DNA of 64,000 nucleotides, taken from Pocillopora damicornis. Taxonomy: Eukaryota. The notes beneath the pieces were generated by a model. The model was not told where the DNA came from and ran no database searches. It saw only the letters and a list, made by a program, of their open reading frames with translations. Each line of letters opens with the position of its first letter. The stretch's first letter is position 1. The stretch lies in the NCBI RefSeq assembly GCF_003704095.1, contig NW_020846475.1, forward strand, positions 310,001 through 374,000. The letters are read 5' to 3'. This document shows, in pieces, positions 49,401-62,910 of the stretch. A program made the translations under genes and the position numbers.

Positions 49401-52400
49401 CAATCATTGATATTCTTGATGGTTAAACAAATTCTCCTTGTCAACGACAAAGGAAATATACAGAGAACAGTATGGAGAGTATGCATACTGACATTAAGGT
49501 GTAAAAAGTTAGAGAGGGGAAGAGCATTATTTTGCTTCAGCTCAATTGGAGGTTAAAATTTGAAGGGAAAAGTTTTAAGCAATAAATTCAGGTCAAAAAT
49601 GGTTGATTTAAAGCTCAACAGGCTACTAGTCAACCTCACTCATAAGAAACTTTGGTTGACCTTTAACCCCTGAGAGTATCTAATTTCTCCTTACAATATC
49701 GACACTGAATTACACATAAATGTCATGAGAATAAAGGCAACTATCACCAACTAAAAAAGCTCCTGATCACTAGACAAATTCTCCTTGTCAGCACATTAGT
49801 AAATGTACAGAGAGTACTGTACTGCAGAGTTTGAAAAGAATTACTAGTTCCTAAGAAGATTGTTGTGCTATATCAGTGCACAGGCAAAAGAAATAGTTGA
49901 GAAAGACTTGGACGTAACATGGAGCTTATGCAAAAGTAACAAAACATCAGTGGGAAGTTTTTTTTTCCCCCAAAGCCTCCCAACCCCTTGATCCCTAAGA
50001 GTGACTACCAACTAATTTCCCCTAACAATATCACCCATGAATCAAACATTACAGGAAAGGAAAAGGAGGAAAAGTTTTCAGCAATAAATTTAGGTCAAAA
50101 ATGGTTGATTTAAAGCCCAGCAGGCTACTAGTCAACCTCACTCATCACAAACATGGGTGGACCCTTTAATGTCATGAGAATAAAGGCAACTATCACCAAC
50201 TAAAGAAGCTCTCACTCATTAAACAAATTCTCCTTGTCAGTACCTTAACAAATGTATAGAGAACAGAATAGAGTGTGTCTACTGATGTTGGGGTATAAAG
50301 GGTTGATGTTTAGACAAATATGCATCATGATTATGCAATTCATCTACAATTACCTGTCCAATTACATTCCATGCCACTCTTCGACTCAGGAAAATGGCAA
50401 TGAACCACATAAGGTGGATATCAACCATGTGAATATTCTGCCATGAAAAAAAATAATTTCTCAGTCAAACTAAAATAAACACTGCAACAAATGACTTCAC
50501 AACTCATCACAAAAGTGATGAAAATTGTAGAAATATGAAGTTTAACCTCATTTATAACAAATGTGGGACACAGATACATATAATGCACTGTAGTAACAGC
50601 TGGAAAATTACAATAAGATGCACATCACATACAGCTTCAATTGTCTTAACCCTTTAACTCCCATGAGTGACCAAAACAGAAATTCTCCTTACAATATCAA
50701 TACAATATTGTGCAGACAAGTGATGAGAATAAAGAAAAATATCAGTTAGGGAATTTTTCAGTTGACACAATACCAAATTCTCCAAACTAACATCACAAGA
50801 ACTGTATGGCACATAGTTGGGAGAATTACTAATGAGATCTTGGGAGTCAAAGGGCTAATAGTTAATACTTTAATATTAATGACTTCTGTTACAGTTGTCC
50901 AAGTTTATGCCCTGTTCAGGGACTGCAGTGCTTCCTAGCTTTGTATTCACTGTATTGAAAAGATGCTTACACCCAAGAGCAATATCTGTACATTTGACAT
51001 TGGTTAGTCACTGTTTCATCTATTTTTAAAGACTGATTTTTGAAAGCTGATAACTAGCTTAAAACAGACTCCTCATGACAGATGTCTACAGTTAGCAGCA
51101 TTGTACAAACAAGTTACAAATGGCATTAAAATAGCAAATAAACTGAACAGAATGACCTAACTTTACAAACGAGACAAAAACTAGCTACTTGACTCCTATG
51201 GCAAAAAAAATCACAGCAAATCTGAACAATCAGTTCACATAACCCAGACTTGTAACAGTGAACTAACAAACAACTCCTTCCCTGATTCTAATGAAGACTT
51301 CAGCTCAGGTTGCTGAAATATCAGTCATTGCCATCAACAAGAATTCTTCCCTAGACTACTCTCACCAGCACGACCAGATGACAAAGTTGACTTTTTCATT
51401 AACCCTATGATCCTTTAGAGCATCAGGCATCTAAATTCTCCTTACAATATCACTCCTGAATCAAACATATAGGTCACAAGAATAAAGAAAATGATCCCAA
51501 ACTAAAGAAGATCATGATTGTGAGATAATTTCTCATGGTCAGTGCTTTTGGAATTGTTTAGAGAACAGTTAAGAGAATATCCATCCTGATGTTAAAGTGT
51601 TCCGGGTGAACACGGTAACATTATTTCTAAAGGTAGTCAATGTGTAAAATTTTGAAAGGAGAGAGGACTAGCAACACCTCTGCAACTCTGGAGAGGCCCG
51701 CTAAAAAGGCCTGAAATCAATATTGAAAGAAAAGGTTTCAGTCACTTTTTAAGTTTTTCCTATTGTAAAAACATCATTAAATTCATGCACTTTGACAAAC
51801 CCACTTTGATTAATGGGTCTAAAATTTATGTTTTACACTCCCTGAGGTGAGCATGAAACATTTTTATTCAAACCATAATATGGAACAAGTTTTACACCAC
51901 TTTGTAGAATTTCCACCTCACAAAAATACCAAAACATGAAGCTTTGACCATTCTACTCCCACGAGTAACAAAGACAAAAGTTGTCCTTACAATGTCAATA
52001 CAACATCAACCAGAAAAGTTATGAGAATAGAGAAAAATATTACTTGGGGGATTATTAGTTGATCCAATACCAAGTTCTCCAGATTTACAACAAAAGAACT
52101 ATATGGCAGAGGGTAACAAGAATTACTAATGCCATCTTGGGAGTGAAAGGATTTTAAGACATATCTTTAAATAAAACAATTTCCTACCCATGAAAAATCA
52201 CCAGTCACCATAAAAGCAGAAAAGTTGAAACACTGGCTAACTCATTTTTTGAGTCCATTTTCATCATAAATTCAAGAACACTAACAAGACTTCAGTAAGT
52301 CACCTACTGGTAACTAACATTAAAATTCTCATCCCCAACAATCAATTTTCGTCACACTGGGAACCAGCTGATTATAATTTTGGAACTACATAACTTTAAA

Positions 52401-53563
52401 ACTAAAAGAAAGAAACATCTGCTCCATAAATCTTCACATCCTTGAAGCTACATACATCAAAACAGCTAACCTGGTGGAGATCAGAACTCAAGGCATCTGA
52501 CCCTTTGAATGTTAGGTCATTTCCTGAACAACAATATACTACTCATGCGTTTTATAAGTAAAATGGTAGACCAAATCATTCATCTTTGAAAAAGAAGCTC
52601 ACATATATTATATTTGACAGGTTCAAAGGAAAAGAACAATGGCGTGTTGTCTCCATACCTACTCCACAATTAGCATCACAATTCATTTCCGTCAACTACC
52701 CACGGGGGGATAGGCGAATTAATAATAATGGTATACCGCACAACAATAATCATTTTCGTATTTTCAAATCTACCGATGTACAAAATACTCGAGCGTCACC
52801 CCAACTGGCTATTTCTGACAAGAATCGAGCGAGCGCTATTTTTAAAGGTTAATTTTTAGCTGCTGCTTAATAATCAATGAAATGGAACACCTGGTACAGA
52901 AGTAGGGAGATAACCAGTTTGTAAACTATACACGGGAAAGGAATAATTATTTGAACAACGCTAATTTTTGACAATCAATTGATTTTTTAATGGTCGAGAG
53001 AAGTCGATATATTGTACCATCATCCATACTAAGAACGGAATTAGAGTTACTCAACATTAAGTGCACCTACCGTTTTGTAGATGTTGACATGCTGAAGAAC
53101 AAGCGCGCTGACAAGATAGCAAAAAAATAAAATTTCGAAACCCATTGAGGTAAACACAGGCAAGTTAGGATGAGGATAGTGGTACAGTGGAGGGATCGTT
53201 AACAACGAAGAGATCGAATGTATTCCACTGGTAGATGGGGGCGATCCGTTTCTGTGGAGAACAAATGAATCGAAAGCGAAATTTAGCGTTCATTATGCAG
53301 TCGCGCGTGCCACTGGACACATGTAGTTAGGTTTCATCAAGAATTCTTCTTCGCACGGGCAATCAGGCCTTCGATTTCTGCAGACGTTACACTCTAAAAT
53401 AGAAACGAATGACTTTACAAATTGTAAACAATATTATCGAAGAAAAGAACAAAGATTGGCTACAAGATAAAACTTACCGATAACCTCGTACAGCGTTCTG
53501 AAGACTTCGTATACTGGACGGGCAACTCGCCTTGACGGTGACAAATTTTCTCCCTCCCGGCAT
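46419..53563 (-). CDS. TMEM39A: Transmembrane protein 39 (TMEM39A/B homologue)
   Basis: ATG at 53563 (MPGGRK). Exons at about 53478-53563, 53071-53251 ([23 protein letters not shown]), 50354-50437, 48980-49134, 48304-48631 ([34 protein letters not shown]), 47542-47723 ([11 protein letters not shown]), 47173-47293 (WPQGVLVRH) and 46419-46634. Confidence 0.93.
48070..48216. mobile_element. Degenerate MITE
   Basis: 'gccagtttttctaagggccgataac...ctatccaccggacagagatttatccattggatagcg...ctttcaaacaacc', with internal ATCC/GGAT palindromic repeats. Confidence 0.5.
49560..50305. repeat. Local tandem duplication (~500-bp period) mixed with MITE copies
   Basis: 'aaagttt..gcaataaatt.aggtcaaaaatggttgatttaaagc..a.caggctactagtcaacctcactcat' occurs at about 49568 and about 50070. 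Confidence 0.8.
50650..50854. mobile_element. piggyBac-type MITE (best-preserved copy of a family with about 10 copies in this window)
   Basis: TTAA|CCCTTTAACTCCCA ... TGGGAGTCAAAGGG|CTAA. Related copies at about 710-800, 3965-4175, 20008-20212, 37170-37330, 49300-49510, 49660-49810, 49985-50305, 51400-51600 and 51950-52150. Confidence 0.8.
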
Positions 53564-56491
53564 CAAACGACACAGCCACAGGAAAATATGATCCAGAATG
53601 GAAGAGCTGGCGACCAGATAGAGGATGAACGGCCAAAGTAGCGTTCCAAACATCTACATTAACGATCTCACTCCTTATAATGTTTCTTTATTCTTCTCAC
53701 CACAAAGTCAGCCGTCTGCTTGAACTCTTTTGGAGATGCCCGCTGATCATATAAACGCAGTCTCACGTAAATTCTTGGAAGTTCCCGAAAAATGCCATTC
53801 AAAATGTTTAAAATGTTCAGTTAAGGAAGTTTCAAGTTGTTTTTCTTCCGAACATTCACTTCTTTTAGGCAGCGATCGAATTGAAAGTTCCTTCTAAATC
53901 CGGATTTTAAAGCGTAATTCCCTAGTGATTAGATTCAACTTGAATCACGCGCGTCTCACAAGATTTGTCTTTGTATGGTGAACAGGAAGACACAATAACA
54001 CACGAGGCATTGCTGATAGAAATTCCATATAATAAAAAACCACGATGCTGCCTGAGTCAAATACGAATCTCGCATTAAAAAATGTCCACTCCTGCATCAT
54101 AAATTTTACTTACACTAGACAGAAGTTAGTCTACAAATTTATGTTGGATGATGGTTAGGGAAGAAGTGACTTAAAACGATCGGCTAGGGTTAAGAATCTA
54201 AAAGAGGCAAATGGAATGCATTGGATGTCTTTTTTTTTAGCAGTTCAGCTAATCAATCAGTCGACGAGGTAGCAGGAAGTGCCAAAAGCCACATATAATC
54301 AAGAATCATGATAGTGTAGGCAATAGTCAGTGGACACGACAAGGTTCGTTTTCAAAAGAGTGGACTGGATCCGACTAACACGCGCACAGTACGTTATGAA
54401 CTGTGAGTGTGACGTCAACTTTCACTTCAACAGTTTTGCAGAATGAAACAAACAGTGGGCTTAGGGTGAAGAGCGAAAGTTTCCTCATAACATGAAGAGT
54501 AAGGCTGCGACTGCAGCGCTTTCACTTCCCTTTTTTGTTCAAGCTGAAAAGGTAAGATTTTTTTAATTGTTGTGAAATAGTAGAAAGAGCCTGTTGTTAT
54601 TCTGACATATATTTCTCTCTCATCTATGAAGCTATGAGAATTCAAATTCCGTGGATTATCGTAAATAAGGGTAACTTTCCCGGATAAATTACCCTGTTGA
54701 AAACTAACCTTGTTTCATTTCTCAAAACTATTTGGTACCAGTTTTCCAAAAGGATTTTTTTTCGGCAAAATAGCAAACAAGTCTTACTAATTTCTTCCCG
54801 GTAAACAGATACTTCTCCTGTTGCCATGGTGGTTTTCACACGTGCGTGCGAAGTGTGTGCGTACAACGGTCAACCGCCTCGTGCTTTTCTGATCTATAAC
54901 ATTCATTTTTAATTTACTGGAAATAATTGTAACCTGATTGGCTCTCAGCTGTGCGATTTATTTACGAATTGCACTCTCTTTTCTCCAAATCGCTTCTTTT
55001 TCCTCGCCCATGAGAAAGCAACATTACAAAAATTCAACCAATATGATTCCAAGACTTATTTAAAGTAACCAATCAAATTTCAGGAAAATAGAAGCCCAAG
55101 AAGCTTTTATGTGGCAAATTTGGCTTTCGTACCCACAACATTTTCGAGCAATTTTGGTCCAAAANNNNNNNNNNNNNNNNNNNNNNNNNNNNNNNNNNNN
55201 NNNNNNNNNNNNNNNNNNNNNNNNNNNNNNNNNNNNNNNNNNNNNNNNNNNNNNNNNNNNNNNNNNNNNNNNNNNNNNNNNNNNNNNNNNNNNNNNNNNN
55301 NNNNNNNNNNNNNNNNNNNNNNNNNNNNNNNNNNNNNNNNNNNNNNNNNNNNNNNNNNNNNNNNNNNNNNNNNNNNNNNNNNNNNNNNNNNNNNNNNNNN
55401 NNNNNNNNNNNNNNNNNNNNNNNNNNNNNNNNNNNNNNNNNNNNNNNTTTAATGACAAATAAAAATCAAATAAAGACTCCAAAATTAGAATTAAAGCGGT
55501 TCAGACCAAGCAAACTGAATAAAAAAAATGGAAAAAAGTGAGCAAAATGGAGAAAAAACTTGCTTGAGTTAGCCTCGCATAAGAAATATTTAGTATGTGT
55601 AGGAGAGAGGGGGCTGGGGTAGGAGAAAGATTTAAATAAAATTTGGGAGAGAAGAGAACACAGTTCTACTTCGCATAACTAGCTAAAAAGAATGATATTT
55701 AGAAACAGGTTAAAATGCAGTCTTTTCATTAAAAAAAAAATTACATTTATGGGCGACTGAGGACTCCCAAAGGGGAAAACAATCGATAAAGGTCTTATGA
55801 GCATACTTAGTTGGGGAGTTACTATACAATTATCAGAGCACTGAGTATAGATTATAGACAGGAAACTTTGTTCTCAGATTTTTAACCGATAATTTAGGTC
55901 TAATACATGATCTTGTACAGACTCTCCTAAGTAGTGTCCTAAATTGCATTTATACCTCTCAAGTCGACGAGGTTTCCCTGGCAACTAATTTAAATTTATG
56001 ATATGAAAAGTACTCCTTTGGAAAATCCTCCCATCCAAAGACTGGACGAAAGGACTTTGAACAAGGACACTTGTCGAGGGAAAGCTTGTCCAGCGAAAAC
56101 TTTGGTGGTCTTTTTGAAAAGTCTGCTTTATTCATCTGAATGGCGTGCTTCATATTTCTTTGGTGGCCTGTGATAAAGCGTGCGTCCAAATTGAAGCGAA
56201 ATGCATGGAGGGAATTTCTTTGGCTAAAACATTTAAATTACCGCGTTGAAAATGTTACAAAATAAGTATTTCACACTTCAGCGTCCGTTCATCGATATAT
56301 GAAATACTCGGGGAGCAAGAGCAAGAGAGTTCATTATGAATTTCTTGAGGCGAAGCCGAAAAAAACGCTAGCTTCTTGAGTGCTCTCCAAACTTCGTAGG
56401 GGATTCTTGTATCGATGGACGTGCACCCCGCATAAAACAATCGTTAACGCTGATTTAGAATTTTTCCAAACAGAATAGAGATATCCTCAGA

Positions 56492-57517
56492 TTAAGACGA
56501 CTTCCGTGATGTTATTTCCGCTTGTTGGATTTTGTTCGCTCTGATCTGAGAAAAAGACCTGCGCGTATTTGTCCAGATAGTTTTAAATTCTCTTTTTATA
56601 ATCCTGTTCAAGTATCCGTATAAATAAGGATTTATAACTCCCGTGGAGTAATAAAGTCCAGAGACAATGGACTGTAGTAATTCCGTCCCATAATTTCTTG
56701 TGTGTGAGGACCACAGGTTTACCACTATATATGGTGTCCAGGCGATAAATAACACTCCAACGATCGAGGCCAATGTCAAAGCTGTCTTGATATCTGCTCT
56801 GAGGGCAGAATGCGGCTTGCGCATGCAATATTGTCCCGATATGACCGCCGCTGACACTTGTGCACCAAGTTCGGGCTCAAGTACTGCAGCCATTTCCCTT
56901 TGACGCAATGCCTTTACTTCGCGGGCGATTTGCTTCGAATGACGTAAAGCTACTCGCAGTATACTGATGTAAATAAAAATAATAGAAACCAGCGGCATAA
57001 AGTAGATTGTAGTCATTTTGAAGTATGTAAAACTAACGGATATGTGGTAATTGGATTCGCAAAGCCACTGTCCAGGGAAAGCATAATAACGACTCCATCC
57101 CAGAAGAGGATAACACGCTGATAACAACGCATAAAACCAGATGAAGAATATGCATAAAACGGTCCTGTTACGGGTTACCCAGCCTTTGTATTTCAGAGGA
57201 GTTAGTATGGCTAGATACCTGTCCATGCTAACTGATAAAAGCGTCAAAACTGAGACTGCGCTCGTAGCATGTTGGAAGAATCCAATGATGTCGCAGCCAG
57301 TTTTACTCACGACAACGTAATTACTTGCCGTGGTTGCGATGCTGAATGGTAGTAGAAACAACGCCACCAGAATGTCATTGATGGCCAAATTCACAAGGAA
57401 AATACAGGAAGGAGAATGAAGACGCCTCACTCTATAGATAATGTAGCAGATTGCAGTGTTCCCAATGACTGTAGACACGATCATAAACACTATCACCACA
57501 ACTAAACCCACAGCCAT
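56492..57517 (-). CDS. Orphan class A GPCR (GPR161/GPR101-like features), intronless CDS
   Basis: 341 aa with 7 TM segments: GN (TM1), NLAIND (TM2), C3.25 and DRY, W4.50, PLLGWS, AWTP and NPYLY. An acceptor at about 57604 and upstream donors (about 57746, 61600, 61774) suggest 5' UTR exons. Confidence 0.92.
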   Translation of the reverse strand: MAVGLVVVIVFMIVSTVIGNTAICYIIYRVRRLHSPSCIFLVNLAINDILVALFLLPFSIATTASNYVVVSKTGCDIIGFFQHATSAVSVLTLLSVSMDRYLAILTPLKYKGWVTRNRTVLCIFFIWFYALLSACYPLLGWSRYYAFPGQWLCESNYHISVSFTYFKMTTIYFMPLVSIIFIYISILRVALRHSKQIAREVKALRQREMAAVLEPELGAQVSAAVISGQYCMRKPHSALRADIKTALTLASIVGVLFIAWTPYIVVNLWSSHTRNYGTELLQSIVSGLYYSTGVINPYLYGYLNRIIKREFKTIWTNTRRSFSQIRANKIQQAEITSRKSS

Positions 57518-60500
57518 GGTGATAACTTGTCCTAGCTTTCCATCATCAGTCAGTCTCTGTTAATATTATTGAATCCTTCCTTTCTTTAGAAACTTATTAG
57601 AGACCTGGTAAGAGAAAACAGAGTCTCACATACACTTCGCTGTCACTGAATTATAAATGACCCGCTACAGAGCAGATCTGAACAATAACCCGAACCATGG
57701 AAATAAAGAATGGATAAACAATACGAGATAACAAACAGAATCTCACCTTTTTGAGACTAGAGAATTTATCATCTCCTTTGAAATTATGGCCGGAAGAGCT
57801 AGCGGTTTTTTAACACTCAGTGAAATAAGGGTCAGAAAAAGTAAATTATCCCGCTCTCATCTATCCTATGCCCTTCGTTTTTAAACCGACAACTAAACAG
57901 GCAATTTAAACTATATTTTCCAGACTTTTCGCCTCACGAAAGAACGTTGCCGGCAAAGTGTGCACCAGGTTAATTAAAGCACAGAGGGTAGTTTTACAAA
58001 GTCTAAACCTTAGGTTACTAATTGAACATTTACATACGCATTCTTCCTAGGGTACTTAGGAACGAGAGTCGACAGAAAGAGCTGACCTCGTGGGAGAGAA
58101 ATTTTCTGGATTTGATACAGACAAATAGATGCTTCTTCATCAGCCAAAAAAGTGGTAGTTTGGCTTTTGGTAAATGAAATTATTTGTTAGATGATAACTG
58201 GTTCGTGAAAATTTCTTAACAATGATGAATGTCTGTTTCGGTGTCGCAAAGAATAATGAATTAATTGTGCCAAAATAATGGACACTTTTACATGACAAAA
58301 CGCATTCTTTGTGCCGTATTTTAGTTTCCATTGAAGATTCCGTGCAATTCTGCGGCGGTTTGATTTTTTATCAAGGGCGCCTACAAACATAAATATGACC
58401 AAATTTCCAAGGAAATAATTTCTCCAGAAGTCCCATACGATATCTAGAAAATTACGCAAGTAAGGGAGAATGATTTGTCCGCGATGGAAGACTTCGTTAC
58501 TGAGGACTTCCTCCGGCCTGGCAATTCTGTTTCATAAATAGCAATTTTCTTAAATTGTAACTCCTTGTGAGCACAATCTTTAAAGGAAATTATTTTGAGG
58601 CAGTTGCAAACCCTTCAGCCCTTAAGCTTGTGATCTTCATTTCAGAGGCTTTTCTTCTAGCATAGGTGGACATTAGGTAACAAAAGAATAGAATTTCTTA
58701 GCTTCCTCAATTATTTGACGTCTTTCATCTAAGCTTTCCGAAAAAAAGATAAAAGCCAGTTAACACTTAATTGCCTCCAAAATTTCTCAATCTGTTTGCT
58801 GACTGCATGCCTCAGCTCTCTTGTTTTGGTGAGCCTAATTATTTTGAATAAAATTGTCTTTTGGTTTGTCTAGTCTTTAGAGAGTTAAATTGGCCAATTT
58901 TACTCTTCCGATCACTTAGTTTTTTAGCAACGGCTTTCTTTGTCGCAATCCGATTTTACCCCGCTTTGGTCTTTATCAGTTTATCTACAGATCAAACGCG
59001 CTGTAGGTACCTTCTTCCTTGTGTCTGACATTTCCAATGTTGCTAACCTGGCGACGGTCTATCTCTCTGAGGAACAAATAAAAACAACACAGGATCGCCT
59101 GCGGAAACAGGAACAAAGCGCTTACGCTTTCATGTGAAATTTTCGCTATTTTCACTGATGAATTTAAAAAATAGTTTTAATTCGGAAAAGCCGGTCCGGT
59201 TTGGAAAACTTCCGAATAAAAATTAATCAAGTTTTGCCTGCAGAGTTCAAAAATCCTCAAACAGTTGATATCCACGATTTCACACGAAATGCTCTTGAAT
59301 ATTAATTCAGTGTCTTTTCATCCGAACACCTGTCATATTTCATAATTTTTAGCCTCGAATATATGTTACCACCTAAATGTGGTGCAGAAATGTTAAGAAA
59401 CAGACTTACAAAGCAGTTTTAGTCTGTAGGAAGTTTTTTTCTAATGAGGACTAAAAAGGTCTACTTTTTCCTTTTCCACGCGCCACAGCTAATCCAAATT
59501 CGAAAATTTCAAAAGTTAAAATGTTGCATTTACATGAAACCGTCTGAGTTGCACTTTCGACCTCTTTGAGTTGTGGAGTCTGCTTTGTTAAATTTTGTCC
59601 TCCAATAGCTATCGCATCACAGCAAAAGCATGCTTATCTCTGTAATGTAGGTTTATAAAACAGTTAACTGTGTTGCTGAAGGTTTTTTGTGCGCAAAGCC
59701 ATGAATAGAGGAACCGCATGTGTAATTAGCACACACAAAGCCACCGGCCCCGCTATGAAGTTGTGGATTAAGATTATATCCTCTGATTGTAGGGGACAAC
59801 AAATGTTTATCACACAGACCTTTCAGCAATTTTATTAAAAAGCCGCTAAACGAAGACGAACATTTAAAAACTTGGTTTCTTTTTCAACCTGTAGACAAAA
59901 AATGCTGCACTGTTGAAAAAATTTTTTTTCCTAGGCTTTTTCGGAAAGTGCTTTCCTATTAGAGAGAAGGAATCCCATCATTTCTTTCCTATAAAAAATC
60001 ATTTGATCATAATAAATGGGTGATATTCTAATAATTCATGTTGAAGTTATTGCACTTCCTCGTCAGCCGGAAAAAATTATTCAATATTTGGAAAAACCAA
60101 CAAAGTATTTGATAATTAATTCCTTTCATTGTTTACTAAGGATTATTTATTCTACCAGAAAAAGACTAGAATATTCCAAAATGAGGCAAATCCTTCCCGA
60201 AAGTCAGAGACTCAGTCGCTTTTAAAAGGAATTAACGTAGTATTTGTGGTAACATTGGTGTACATTTGCCTGCGTGAAGGAGGTGTTATCCTTAGAAGGA
60301 CTAGTTTAATAGAATGCTTGTTTAATGTCACTGATATGAATGGTTTTAAGTAGTATTTGTTTAGTACATGTAGTTAACGAGAAAAATGGCGCTCAAGTCG
60401 TCGCAATGGCTTCCATTTCGAAGCCTGATTTCGTTGAAATGAAAAAGAAAACGGAGAAGTTAACTGGCTTTTTTTTACGTATTTTTACGATATTTCGTGA

Positions 60501-62910
60501 TTTTAACCTCCCCAAAAATGAACTTATGAAAATAACATTTATCAACGAATATTATATGCGCCGCTGTGGAGATGAAGTCAAAGAAAATGTATTAACTCAC
60601 CATGATAGGTAGATGCTCGTTAAGGAGAAAAAATGAAATGTTTTTTAGAGCACAGACTTTTTTTCTACCTATTAAAGTCGTAATAGAACGTTACGTGTTA
60701 ATCGAAAGGTATAAAACTCCAGCTCACAGCTATTTCTCATATTTCGGTGCATTTTCAAGAGTGTTTTTTTAAGTAATTCGTTCCGAAGGGACTAGTTAAA
60801 TGGATGAAAACTAAAGCAACTAATCTTTCACAGAAGTAGGAAGAGAAGAATAAATAACCGAATTTTGAAATTAATTAAAGTCGACAGTAAAGATTAAATA
60901 TTCAAAAATAGACATTGCAAGCTTCAAGTCAGTTATTTAAACAAGCTCAAACAACTCAAATTAGTGCTGTTTCCTTTTTTTCTGCATGAAGCTTCGAAAA
61001 TGAAACTTTGCGGTTTCAACTTAATTTTTTTTCACTTTACACATCGATTTTAGAGTGCATGACTAACAATTCAGCGCGCCGTCAACACAACTTATTGTGG
61101 TGTAATAAGTAAACAGAATGGCCTTTACTTTTCTCCCAAAACACCAGGTGCTAGGGAACGAATACAGCTGAGTACTGATAAACCAGCCTTTCTAGAAAGA
61201 AGAAATATCTACTGAAGCTCGATCGGCAAAATCTAAGGGTTCCGTCCCGGTCGTTTTTGACATCCAGTCTCTATTCCCGTTGCTTTTGAAGGTGTTTGCA
61301 TCTTAAATTTTAGCTGAGTTAAATGCAAAATACAAAAAACATTTTGATCAGAGAGTAAATTCAAATTAATGTTTTGCAGACGCTACATAATTTGTAGGTA
61401 GGTGGCAAAATTGTCGCCCCGCGAAAAATAGATACCTCTAAAAATTAATTGCCTTCATCAATCTTAGGTAGAGAATATCAGGAATTCTCGGAGGCGTTTA
61501 TTCCCAAGGGAAACTAATTTTTGAACGGGATACGAAATGTTAAAAAAATAACACCGAGAGTGCTGAAAATGTTTAATGAAAAAGAGGCTGGAGTACTCAC
61601 CTCATCAGTTAGTTTTGCTGTTAGTCAGAGTTTTTCTTAAAAGAGAACTAACTGATTTTGGTCAGATTGAAATATTAAACGTATGCGCAGGACGAAATAG
61701 AAACTTCAGGCAAGACACAAATAATTAAAAATCAACCTTTAAATAACAAATTAACTGCTTCAAAATTTTCTTACCGAGTTGGGCTTCACACTTGCAAAAT
61801 TCAGTTTTAGATCGAAAATTTCCTCACGCAAGGAAAATTCTTCGTCGAAGCTCGAATCGCCCTTGGCATTCGACTGGTATTTCAATTAGCCAGTGCCTCC
61901 TAAACATAATGGTTCGCATCTTAAGACCCTTGGAGCTTGTGAATAACTAAATTGGACTGCGTATAACGTACATATCCGGTCAAATATAGCGCTCTCTCTT
62001 ACGGGTTATCTGTCATGTAAAATGCATTTTCATGTGATTGGTCCTTTTTATGTAAAATACCGGTTCGCAGGAAGCGAGAGGGGAATTAAATTATGTCATG
62101 TCTAATATTTAGCATGAAGAAGAAATAATGTAATTATGTAACGAATGCACATGTAAAACAACCTCTGTCTATTGTGAACTTTCTTCAGGTCATTAAGGAA
62201 TTAATTTATATTTTGGAGCTCACTAGGGGGGCTGAACTTATGTTTTTATTAAAACGGTTTGTTACCACTTTGAAAGGTTGGGGCGGAAAATGGGTACAAA
62301 AAGGTTTTACAGATCACAATTAACTCCACTGCTCACCATGTAAGGATTAAGATTACCTTTTCCGTTTGGGATGAATCACGATTTGCTGCCAACAAAGCTT
62401 AAGAAAAGTCTGGCAATCTTCGTAGAAATGGCTTTATGATTATCGTGCAATGAAGATTTTTGGGGGAAGAATTTGCGATTATCAAGTTGTTATCTTATAA
62501 TCAGGCGCGAAGAAGTAAGACCCTAATCGCACATTGTCATAACCCATTAGTAAAGCAGCAGTAGAGTACAAAAAGAAATATATCTCTTCTTGATCTGCTT
62601 TGAAGCTGATAGTTGATGTGTCTTTATTGGCTAAACTTATTAGACAAATAAATGTTATGTTGCCCTGGTGATAGCATAGCTGACGCATGCATTCATCTTG
62701 ATACTGTAAATGTTGTTTTCCTTCCCAAAAGTAGGACTTGTCAGCTTTAAAATCAAAGGATTAAATAGCATTTGGCTGTGATATTCGCTGGTATATTTAA
62801 ATCTGAGCCTTAAATTCTTAACGAATGGAATACCAACCGATGAATCACTCATTCCACAAGAATCTTGGAATTATCCTGAAGCACCCAATGATTGAACAAT
62901 AAAATTTTAC

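Noticed and set aside
55060-55482. ORFs across N runs (also 18582-18937 and 42929-43117)
   Set aside because: Artefacts of assembly gaps.
56492-57517. Opsin or biogenic amine receptor call for the GPCR
   Set aside because: There is no Lys at 7.43 (it is Tyr) and no Asp at 3.32 (it is Gln).
364-57517. Functional ciliary gene cluster (DNAH5, CEP126, GPR161-like)
   Set aside because: The genes are interspersed with unrelated housekeeping genes and the GPCR's orthology is unproven, so chance proximity is sufficient.
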